Notes under the pieces: generated by a model
What the model saw: the letters and a program-made list of their open reading frames with translations, nothing else
What the model was told of the DNA's origin: nothing
Databases searched by the model: none
Assembly: GCA_951406725.2 (NCBI GenBank)
Contig: OX597831.1
Location: 10,354,001-10,418,000 of the forward strand
Origin: Octopus vulgaris
Taxonomy: Eukaryota
Direction of reading: 5' to 3'
DNA: 64,000 nt
Made by a program: the position numbers and the translations under genes
Part shown: positions 1 through 9,739 of the stretch, piece after piece
How the letters are laid out: every line of letters starts with the position of its first letter
Numbering within the stretch: position 1 is the first letter of the stretch

Positions 1-213
1 CACGAACACGCATAAGCACACATACATACATGCACGCACACATACATACACGCACACATACAAGCACACACGCGCACCCGAGCACACATACACACTCACA
101 TACAGAATCACGCGCACACATTCGTCTGGCTACGTGAGATTCATTGATTAAAGAAAATGAGAAAGATCGAGATCAAAATAACTAGGTGACAAGTGTTTAA
201 TCTTGTCTCCGCT

Positions 214-219
214 GTAGTA

Positions 220-286
<67 letters not shown>

Positions 287-606
287 TAGTAGTGGTAGTA
301 GTAGTGGTAGTTGTTGTTGTTGCTATTGTTACTGTTGTTGCTGTTGTAGATGTGGATGTTGATGCCTGTAATGTCCATTCTCTGTGACATTACAGGGAAT
401 GTGAATGCTGTAAGTATGTGGTTGGTATTACTGTTGAATGATAGATAGCAAGGGAGAGCACGAGGTCCCTGAACGGGGATGGCGATGAGGATGATGACGA
501 GTAAGGAGAAAGAGGAGGAAGGAGAAGAGGAGGGAGGGAAGGGATTGGCGGGGAGAGGAGAGAGAGAGAGTATTATATTGGAGATGAGAATGGCAATGAT
601 GTAGAC

Positions 607-638
<32 letters not shown>

Positions 639-870
639 CGATGACGACCATGACAACGATAACGACGACGAATACGACGACAACGATGACGATGATGATG
701 ATGATGATGATGACGCCACGACCATGACGACGACGATGATGACATTTTGGTGGTAGTGTTGATGATGATGAAAACGATGATGATGATAAGGAGGATGATG
801 ATGAAAATGATGATGATGAAGATGATGTTGATGGTGGTGGTCGTAGTGGTGGTGTTGATTGTAGTGATAC
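214..870. repeat. Compound trinucleotide microsatellite (GTA/GTG/GTT, then GAT/GAC/GGT)
   Basis: Visible runs of (GTA)n at 214-310 and (GAT)n/(GAC)n at ~605-830; these explain the poly-Y/V/I/H/S ORFs. Confidence 0.95.
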
Positions 871-1560
871 GGTGATGGCATAGAATAAACAGCGAAGGAT
901 TAGTGAGACTAGTGGTGGTATCGTAGTTATTCTAATCATGCTACTTGAGATACTAGTGATGTAGCAAGGACGAAGATGGTAGTTGTGGTGGCGCAGGTCA
1001 AGATGGTCATTATAATAATGACCATTACAGTAACCAGTTTCAGCCCCGTCATGTAGCTTCCGGCAAGAATTCAGAGTTTTAGTATTAAAATACTTTGTCC
1101 ATTTAACATACTTCATGTATAACAAAATTTATTGAATTTAAATTCAAAGGATATTTGAAAGAATTCGAAAATTATTAACTTTACCTCTATTTTCATTTTC
1201 AGAATAGATATATATATATAGGATGATTTTAAATTAAATTATTGAAAATTGAAAGTAATAGATGTCTTTTAATATTGTTCAATAAAATGCTCTCTCTACT
1301 AAATTCACATGCTTTTAGCTGATATCTCCCACTATGTAGCTAGTTAAATTTTCTATCGTTATCATTATGGTGTGTCACTTTCATTATGTAGTTCAGTTTT
1401 CTTTGATAATCGTGTTTAGATGTTAAGAGCTTACTTCCCAACCACAGGGTTCCGGGCACTGCCGTACTGCCTGGCAGCTTGGTATTGGTAGAGCGTTTTC
1501 TACTATAAACTTAGACGTCTTGAAGCTTTGTAGTCCGTCGTGTGTGTATGTATATTTATA

Positions 1561-1595
<35 letters not shown>

Positions 1596-1597
<2 letters not shown>

Positions 1598-1749
1598 CAA
1601 ATATATACGTTTTTATTATTATTTTGCAATTTGTTTAATCATCGGTATATTACTGTTATTTTGATTTTGATATTTCTATTATATTAATTTTCTAGATGGT
1701 GTAATTTAATTGTCCATTTTGAATTGATAAAATGTGTGTTTTTCTAATT

Positions 1750-1836
<87 letters not shown>

Positions 1837-1904
1837 TTGTGAAATTTGATTTAGTATTTCTAAATTAAATTTATCCCTGTAATATTCCCTCAAATAATAA
1901 TAAT

Positions 1905-1905
<1 letters not shown>
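1596..1905. repeat. Dispersed TA-embedded repeat, copy 1 (copy 2 at 46960-47237)
   Basis: Both loci share the blocks ttaatcatcggtatatta, ttttctagatggtgtaatttaattg, cattttgaattgataaaa, ttttgtgaaatttgattt and atattccctcaaat, with a microsatellite at the same internal position. Confidence 0.85.
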
Positions 1906-1975
<70 letters not shown>

Positions 1976-2013
1976 TTTATAGTTTTCAAAGAAAGAGTGC
2001 ACTTGATATAAAT

Positions 2014-2408
2014 AGGGGGAAAGTAAAAAGAAACAAAGAAAATGCCCGCTAGGTATAAAAGTAATGTCTTTTGTTTCACACAAACAAAGATGTCTACATA
2101 CAAATAAATGATTTGAGGTGAAATTAAGAAGTATAAAAATCATTATCATGAGTCAATATAGAAAGTCATACGGGTTACTTCTTCGATGTTCACTGACATT
2201 GAATCAAAGTCATTAACTCAATGTCAGTGAACAGCTATGAAGAAACCGGTATGACTTTCTATATTGACTCATGATAATGATTTTTATAATTCTTAGTTCC
2301 ACCTCAAATTATTTATTTGTATGTGTACATCTTCGTTTTTTTTTATTAAAAGAAGCCATTGATTTTATACCTAGTTTGCAATTTCTTTGTTTCTTTTTAC
2401 TTTCCCCT
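2014..2408. mobile_element. Fold-back element (~190-bp arms, 15-nt loop) with hammerhead-like motif; Penelope-like remnant
   Basis: gttcactgacattga (2188-2202) is the reverse complement of tcaatgtcagtgaac (2218-2232), and the arms stay complementary out to ggggaaagtaaaaagaaac / gtttctttttactttcccc. Confidence 0.85.
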
Positions 2409-3519
2409 GTATGTATACATACATACATACATTCATACATATATACATACAGACATACATACATACATATATATATATATGTGTATCTGTATGCATATGT
2501 GTGTGTGGGCGTGGGTGTGTGTGTGTGTGTGTGTGATTCCGTGTTTGTTCCCAACCACGACTTGACAACCGGCGCTGGTTTCTGCATGTTCCCGTAACAG
2601 CGGTTCGGCCCAAACGGTCTTTAAATTAACAATCACGGCTTAAAATTAAAAAAAAAAAGCACTAGGGGTTGATTCGTTCAGTTGAAATTCTCGAAGGCGC
2701 AGCTTCGGCTTGGTCTTAGGCTAATCACTGAAATTAGTAAAAGAATATAAGAATAAAAGAATAAGTGCAGGTTAGCTGTAGCAGTTTCAGTCCCACTTTG
2801 CTGCATCATGCGCAAGCATCATCTACTCTAGCTCTAGTCTAACCCATGTATGATCGTGTGCGAATTTTTAAAAGGTAACTATGAGGAATCCCATCATATA
2901 TGCGTGTGTACGTCTGCATGTATTTATGTTTTTCTTTGTTTTTATGTTCACCCCACCACCACCATCACCACCATCTCAGGTTGACAACAAGTGTTTGTTC
3001 TGTTCCTTACCTTCTCGTAAGATAACGGCTGGGCAAAAGATTCTGATGTAATAATTAACCAAAATGTATTAGGATTCAATTTTAGCAAATAAATATTTCA
3101 TCGAAGTGCTCCAGCATGACCACAACACGCTGACTGGATCAAGTAAAAGATGAAAGATAAACTATATTAAGTTTGTTTAGGCTACCAACTCTGCTGACCA
3201 CAGCATATGATTACCAAGAGGAATACAATCCGCACCTTATTAACCTTTGTCTTCAAGTTATATTTACGTCGATATAATATAGGAAAATGCAGGCTTTTAA
3301 GAGAAACTCCCATAGGAAAGATTTTGAGTGAAGAATAAAACGGTATCAGACGTTTGAAAGGAAATCCGGGGAACATTGTTAGCTTTTACTTGCGCAGCTA
3401 ATCTTATGTTATTTCCTTCATGTAATCTTACTTGCTTCAGTCATCGGATTGCAGCCATGATGGGACATCGCATGGACCAGTTCAATCGAGCAGAACGCCT
3501 TCAGTATTTATTCATAATT

Positions 3520-3673
3520 CTTTTCTACTCTAGGCACAAGGCCCGAAATTTTTAGGGAGGGGGCCAGTCGATTAGATTGACCTCATTACGCAACCGGTAC
3601 TTAATTTATGAAGAAAGGCAAAGTCGACCTCGGCTAAATTTGAACTCATAACGTAGCTAGCGTTTCTGCCATC
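3520..3673 (-). mobile_element. SINE family B (Nin/Deu-like central domain), tail type 2, with TSD
   Basis: Contains aaggcaaagtcgacctcggc and tail ttcttttctactctaggcacaaggcccgaaa; flanked by tcagtatttattcataatt (3501-3519) and tcagtattgattcataatt (3674-3692). Confidence 0.8.
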
Positions 3674-3836
3674 TCAGTATTGATTCATAATTGCGGTACA
3701 TGTCCTTTTCATTCCTTTAGTTGAACCGTTTTACTCCGGAGAAATAAACAAATCAAACCCGATTGTCAAGTATTGATAGAGAATAACAACATCTCAAACG
3801 TAAAACACTTACGTATATATTCACGTGAGTATATAT

Positions 3837-4066
3837 ATTTCTTTACCACCCACAAGGGGCTAAACATAGAAAGGACAAACAAGGACAGACAAATGGGTCA
3901 AGTTGATTATATCGACCCCAGCGCGTGACTGGTACTTTATTTATAGACCCCGAAAGGATGAAAGGCAAAGTCGACCTCGGCGGAATTTGAACCCAGAACG
4001 TAACGGCTGACGAAATACGGCTACGCGTTTCGCCCGGCGTGCTAATGTTTCTGCCAGCTCGCCGCC
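3837..4066 (-). mobile_element. SINE family B, full length, tail type 1
   Basis: Reverse complement of ggcggcgagctggcagaaac..gttcaaattccgccgaggtcgactttgcctttcatcctttcggggtc..gccccttgtgggtggtaaagaaa; colinear with the copy at 60196-60426. Confidence 0.9.
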
Positions 4067-4233
4067 TTATACAGATTTTCAAGGTTGTGTAATTTTAGTC
4101 CATCAGAATCCTCCATTGCTGACATAATTTTCTTTTCTACTCTACTCAAAGTGGACCTCGGTGGAATTTGAACTCAGAGCGTTAAGACAGACGAAATACT
4201 GCTAAGCATTTCGCCCGGCGTGCTAACGTTTCT

Positions 4234-5894
4234 TCTTTCTTTATTACCCACTAGGGGCGACACAGAGGGGACACCACAAGACATTTGGGACATAGAACAT
4301 TATAATTAAAATTTATGAAGAATGAATTATTAACTGAAAAAATGATAATATGAAAGCGATGCTAACGGCCCCATCCGTTAGCATCACTTACCTGTCCTTT
4401 GGTTTTCACTGTCACTTAAATGTTCATTCCCAATACGAAGACCATCCATACCCATTCTTACTCCGAAATACTCCTCCATATTTTCCACGAATTCATCGCT
4501 CATTCTTGTGTCTTTCACCTCCCAATTCTCCCTTTCACACCTCAACATAAACTCATCTATTCTCTTCTTTTCAATCACAGCATACCTGGTCTCACCTATT
4601 TCATACCATTTATATTCTTCCATTACCCTTTTAACTTCTTTCTGTTCTGTCATAGTACAATTGTTCGGCCTGGGTTCGATTTCAGTCTCCTGTCTGTCCG
4701 CATTAACCTTTCTTTGCTTTCCCGCTGGAGGGGTGCGGGTGGGTTCACCGTCTGCAGGGGAAGGGCGGGACCCAGAGGGCGCGGGTGGTGTTGGGGTGGA
4801 TTGGCGCTCCATGCCACATTCCCCCCTCCCACTCTCCTCCTCCTCCTCCTCCTCCCAGCCCCACTCCACTCCTGCGAACTCCCTTCCTCTTCCACCGTCT
4901 CCCCCTCCTCCTCCCTCTGCGGCTCGGAATCCATTTCCTTCACTGGGGGAGGACAGCAGGCTCCTATGTGACCCCTCAGGCCACACCTGCAACAACGTGG
5001 AGCAACGCCCCCCACCCACACTCCCACGATCACGTCTCCCAATCCGATGCCCTCCGCCAGGTCCACCAGCACATCGTTCTCCGCCTGCACATCTAGTTCC
5101 ACTGTCACGCCCCTCCAGCCCTCGGTCCCAACCGAGGCATGGAGGATGTCCACTCCATCCTCGCGGCCGCCGACCACAGCCGCCACAATCCACTCGGCCT
5201 CAACGCTTGGGGGCACTCCCCCGACCCCCACTCTTGCAATTCCTCCATTCAGATATGTAGGCAAAAGCACTACCTTCTCGGACTTCACCGTCCTCGCCGC
5301 CATCTTCCTTGCTGCACTCTCACCTCTAAACTGCACCACCACAGCACCACACCTTGAACCCCTCGTCAGAAAACCAATCTCCTCCTCCGTTCCTCCCAGC
5401 GCCCCCTCCATCCACTCCATGTTCACCACCTCCATCCTCCTCCCTTCGCCCGCGAACACCCTGCATATGATGGTCCCTCCTTCGCACCACTCCTCACTCC
5501 TGGGTGTCGGTGCCAGCTCGACCACACCGCCCTCGCTCCCCATACATCTCTGGAATCCGGCAGCCCGGCCAAGCCCACCCCCTCTCCTCCGCCCTCCTGG
5601 TCACTCCGGCACAGGTAAGACCCAGTTTCCGGTCTATCCTCCCCACTGCCTCCTCCAACTCCTCCTCAGACGCAGACAAGTCTGATAGGGACTCAAAAAC
5701 TCCAGCCGCACCTCCCATCAGGGAGGGGCCGTCCACATCCTTCCGTCCGACAGACCGAAAACGGCCGCCCGAACAGAAACGCGAAACCGCATCAACAAAC
5801 GCACAAAACTCCACAATAACAACAACCCTCCCACTCACCCCCTGTTCCCCTTTACAAATTTTCACGAGCCGAAAAAAACACAACCGACGTCAAA
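4234..5894 (-). mobile_element. Non-autonomous non-LTR retroelement encoding ORF1 only (HAL1-like, L1/Tx1-type)
   Basis: Sharp GC-rich island. 18-bp TSD cggcgtgctaacgtttct (4216-4233) / cggcgtgctaaggtttct (5895-5912). 3' end carries AATAAA and an A-rich tail. Gag-like ORF present; no RT or endonuclease coding seen. Confidence 0.8.
4384..5718 (-). pseudogene. Gag/ORF1-like nucleic-acid-binding protein with CCHC zinc knuckle; probably two frameshifts
   Basis: CX2CX4HX4C (CCRCGLRGHIGACC) at 4953-4994, preceded by an RRM-like segment (ARVGVGGVPPSVEAEWIVAAV) typical of L1/Tx1 ORF1. Protein-like sequence switches between track ORFs 5494-5883, 4650-5543 and 4384-5193. Confidence 0.75.
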
Positions 5895-6878
5895 CGGCGT
5901 GCTAAGGTTTCTGCCAGCTCGCCGTCCTTCACGTGAGTATATACTTACGTGAATTTATACATATGTATATACTCACTTACGTATATACTCATGCATGCAT
6001 ACACATACATACATACAGGTATATGACGTGCTTCCATTAAATTCAAGGCATGGATTTAATGATCGGGGGTCTTCAGTGAACTACACTTGCCCGAAAGTAC
6101 CTACATGCATAACTTCAATAAATTATATTCTTTTTTCTCTCTTTTTTCCGTCTCAACAAGCGGTATATATATTGATTCTCTTTAGAAAATAGGAAAAATA
6201 CTTCGGAAAATTTCCTTTCGAATCTCTGCGGTCTGAGTTCAGTCTCGAGCAAAAGCAGTTTCTGCTTTCAAGCCTATCGAGATCGATATAAACATATTTC
6301 GAACCCAGGCTGGTTGATTGATAAAAATGAAAGAACGACAGACCGGTATCTTACAATTGTTTTTATCATCTCTTACCGCCTGAGTTCAAATCCTAACAAG
6401 GTCTTCCTTGGTTGTAGATATCGGTATACTTCGAACAACTGATATCCACATGGTTTTATGGTCTCTGGTTTCATTCCTTACTATTTTAAAAAAATTATAT
6501 AACAGGAAACTATTCTTGATGCTAAAATGGAACAGAGAAAGTGATTACAGAGAAACGCCTGTTTTTGTTACAATATCGATGAGGAAGGTAGAGTATCGAA
6601 CTTGCAGAATCATTAGCGTGCCGGACAAAATGCTTACCTGCGATTCGTCAGTCTTTAACTTATGTGTTCAAATTCGCTGACTGATTTCGGCTCTGATAAA
6701 ATAAGGACCAGTTGAGCACTGATGTTGATGCAATCAATCTGCCCTTTCCACCTGTCCTTGAGCTAAAATTTGAAACCGATATCAATGGAGAGAAGCGAGA
6801 GGAACGTAAAGGTATGGGGTTTGAATTTACGTATGGCAATAACGACGACGGCGATGAAATTGAGAAGTGGATGATTGT

Positions 6879-7049
6879 GGCGCAGGAGTGGCTCTGTGGT
6901 AAGTAGCTTGTTTACCAGCCACATGGTTCCGGGTTCAGTCCCACGGTGTGGCACCTTGGGCAAGTGTCTTCTACTATAGCCTCGGGCCGACCAAAGCCTT
7001 GTGAGTGGATTTGGTAGACGGAAACTGAAAGAAGCCCGTCGTGTATATG

Positions 7050-7097
<48 letters not shown>

Positions 7098-7315
7098 TGT
7101 GTGTGTGTGTGTTTGTTCCCTAGCATTGCTTGACAACCAATGCTGGTGTGTTTATGTCCCCGTCACCTAGCGGTTCGGTAAAAGAGACCGATAGAGTAAG
7201 TACTGGGCTTACAAAAGAATAAATCCCGGGGTCGAGTTGCTCGATTAAAGGCGGTGCTCCAGCATGGCCGCAGTCAAATGACTGAAACAAGTAAAAGAGA
7301 AAAAGAGTTAAAGAG
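6879..7315 (+). mobile_element. tRNA-derived SINE family A, full length (resembles octopus OR-type/CORE SINE)
   Basis: A-box-like tggctctgtggt, B-box-like gggttcagtccc, CORE-like ccttgggcaagtgtctt, internal (TA)n(TG)n, and tail ggtgctccagcatggccgcagtcaaatgactgaaacaagt(aaaagag)n. Confidence 0.9.
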
Positions 7316-8218
7316 CTTAAGCTGGTTGTACTTGTTTGATGGAGGATTATATTGACTGATTCATTTATATAGGGATTGGTAAAGGTAGATAGAATGGCTA
7401 CGATAATTCCAAGTGTCGGTGAAGATGTGATGAAAGTAATAGCAAACATTAATGTAATTACGATTATAAAGATAATGTTGAGGAGAAGGAGAAAAAGGAC
7501 ATGGGGTGGGGAATAAACCGGACGTCAAAATGGCGGTAAGGTAGGGTTTGCTGTTTCTGTGATGGCGAGGGTGTTTATTCATCGCACTTGCCGCAAAAGT
7601 ATAGATGTTCCGAAATATGTAATTAAACATAAATGAAATAGGAAATAATGATCCGCTAAATAGTAATTAAGATATATTAAACTGAATCAAAGTTGCGTCA
7701 CTAACATGTAAACATACCAATTATATGTAAATGCTTCAGTTTAATATAATTTCAGGAACATCACATAAAGAAGTAACAACCTTAAAGAAAAGACACCTCA
7801 ACAGAAAAATGCAAGCTATAGAAAATCGAACTGTAATAAATGGTAGCCAACATTCCCTCACAGCGATTCTTATTGACTTCACTCGCCTAAAATGATTGCA
7901 TAATATTTCTCTTGATATGTTCCGGCATAGCTTTGTGGTGAAGAAACTGGAGTTGCAAACGCCTTAATTTTCGGTTCAGTCCCTGGGCGAGGTAACTAGG
8001 ATAAATACCCTCTACTATCCTGACGTGTTCTGTGCTAATACGTACACAAACAGCTCTTTTCAGTGGCAAGGTTGAATGTTTCCGGTTTAGTTTCGGTTTA
8101 GATCATATAATATATTATTTTGCCTTTCGAAGTTGATAGTTGTCGCCTGTTTTTGAAAACACAGACACATACAAATACACACACATACACACACACACAC
8201 ATACAGAGAATATTTATA

Positions 8219-8453
8219 TAGGATGGCCCAAAAGTAGGTTTACGGTTATTCAAGTATCCCTTCCGCATTCATATATAAACAGTTTAGATCTTAATTGTAA
8301 AAAAAAAATTAAGCCATTATTCTATACTAATTTAGTTAATTTAGTCAAGTTCCCATTTCAGTTTGTCACATAGAAATTGAAATGAAATGAAATGTTTTGA
8401 AAGAAATATAACGTGCCTACCTGATAACTGTAAACCTGGTTTTGGCCAACCTG
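8219..8453. mobile_element. Tc1/mariner-type MITE
   Basis: Imperfect ~30-bp TIRs: taggatggcccaaaagtaggtttacggtta versus the reverse complement of taactgtaaacctggttttggccaacctg; TA on both flanks. Confidence 0.7.
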
Positions 8454-8526
8454 TATATATATATATATATATATATATATTCTAGTTACAAATACATATT
8501 TTAAAATTGACATATTTATAGCTGGG

Positions 8527-8572
<46 letters not shown>

Positions 8573-8589
8573 CAGACACATATGTATAT

Positions 8590-8667
<78 letters not shown>

Positions 8668-8669
<2 letters not shown>

Positions 8670-8883
8670 CATAGTGATGTAAATATGCCATTTGAATATG
8701 GCTAACCCTAAGGGTGGATGCTACTGTAGTTTTTAGCCCCAGGAAGACATGTCCTCCAGCTGGCTATAGACACACAGAAAGTGTGTCTATAGCCAGCTGG
8801 AGGAGATGTCTTCCTGGGGCTAAAAACTACAGTAGCATCCACCCTTAGGGGTTAGCCATATTCAAATGGCATATTTACATCAC

Positions 8884-8889
<6 letters not shown>
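8668..8889. mobile_element. Near-perfect fold-back element inside (TA)n
   Basis: Arms 8668-8775 and 8781-8889 differ by one substitution and one indel; 5-nt loop agaaa; long (TA)n on both sides. Confidence 0.9.
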
Positions 8890-8946
<57 letters not shown>

Positions 8947-9168
8947 TTACTTATATCCGCCCCAGCTACGCGAGACATGCCAATTTCAAAACGTAGTTTA
9001 TTTGTAACTATAGCGAAAATAATTTTTTTCGAAAAACATCCTCAACTCATTACTGATCTCATTTCTTATTCATCCTTTTAAATGCAACTTCGAAGACATA
9101 CAAACTTAAAAGTTAGGTTTCCTCTCTCTATCTATTAAAAAATAACCCTCTCTCACTCTCACTCTTTC

Positions 9169-9213
<45 letters not shown>

Positions 9214-9739
9214 ATATCTATCTATCTATCTATCTGCCAATACCATTCTGCTTCTTCATGTCAGTTTCCAGGAACTGGTGTCGCTAACGAATGACTAGCT
9301 AGTTGTAAGTACGTGATCATTTCACCTCAATGAAAAAGTAATAATTCTAAAAAAAGAATCAATTCCAGTATTCTCTCTCTTTGTTACATCAGACGTTTAG
9401 AAAGAAATTTATGCCGACGAAACAGAATTATTTTCTCCTTGATATTTTAAATTTATTGTTACATTACTGGACGTTTGGAATATCTGTTCCGGACAAGACG
9501 GGATTTCTCTCTTTTGGCTGGAATCTTTCGTTGCTTCGTTGAATTGTCTACTTATCTTCAGTTTTATTAAAGTGAACTCGCAACTAACACATGTTAACGC
9601 ACTCACACAAGCACCCATCCACACACCTTTTATAAAAAAAATTTTACAAAACAAAAAATGGTGGCTTGAAAGAAAAGAATTATAAATGGCGACAGACCAA
9701 CGTCAACAGGATCTAAGGAGTGTATTCCCAATTTCAGAT

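Larger units (their letters stand above)
1423..2765 (+). mobile_element. Degenerate tRNA-derived SINE, family A (CORE-like), split by insertions into its internal microsatellite
   Basis: Head at 1423-1545 (..caaccacagggttccggg..) and body/tail at ~2535-2765 (cttgacaaccggcgctggt..gcggttcggc..ctgaaattagtaaaaga) match the two halves of the intact copy at 6879-7315. Confidence 0.65.
4130..5927 (-). mobile_element. SINE family B copy (internally deleted, tail type 2) interrupted by the 4234-5894 element
   Basis: 4150-4233 (cctcggtggaatttgaactcag..cggcgtgctaacgtttct) continues at 5913-5927 (gccagctcgccgtcc); a tail-2 remnant ttcttttctactcta lies at ~4130. Confidence 0.8.

Noticed and set aside
148-1125. 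325-aa ORF and overlapping poly-amino-acid ORFs
   Set aside because: Translations of trinucleotide microsatellites; no protein-like content.
4420-5905. Long + strand ORFs (183, 250, 212, 133 aa)
   Set aside because: Antisense shadows of the GC-rich minus-strand gag-like frame.
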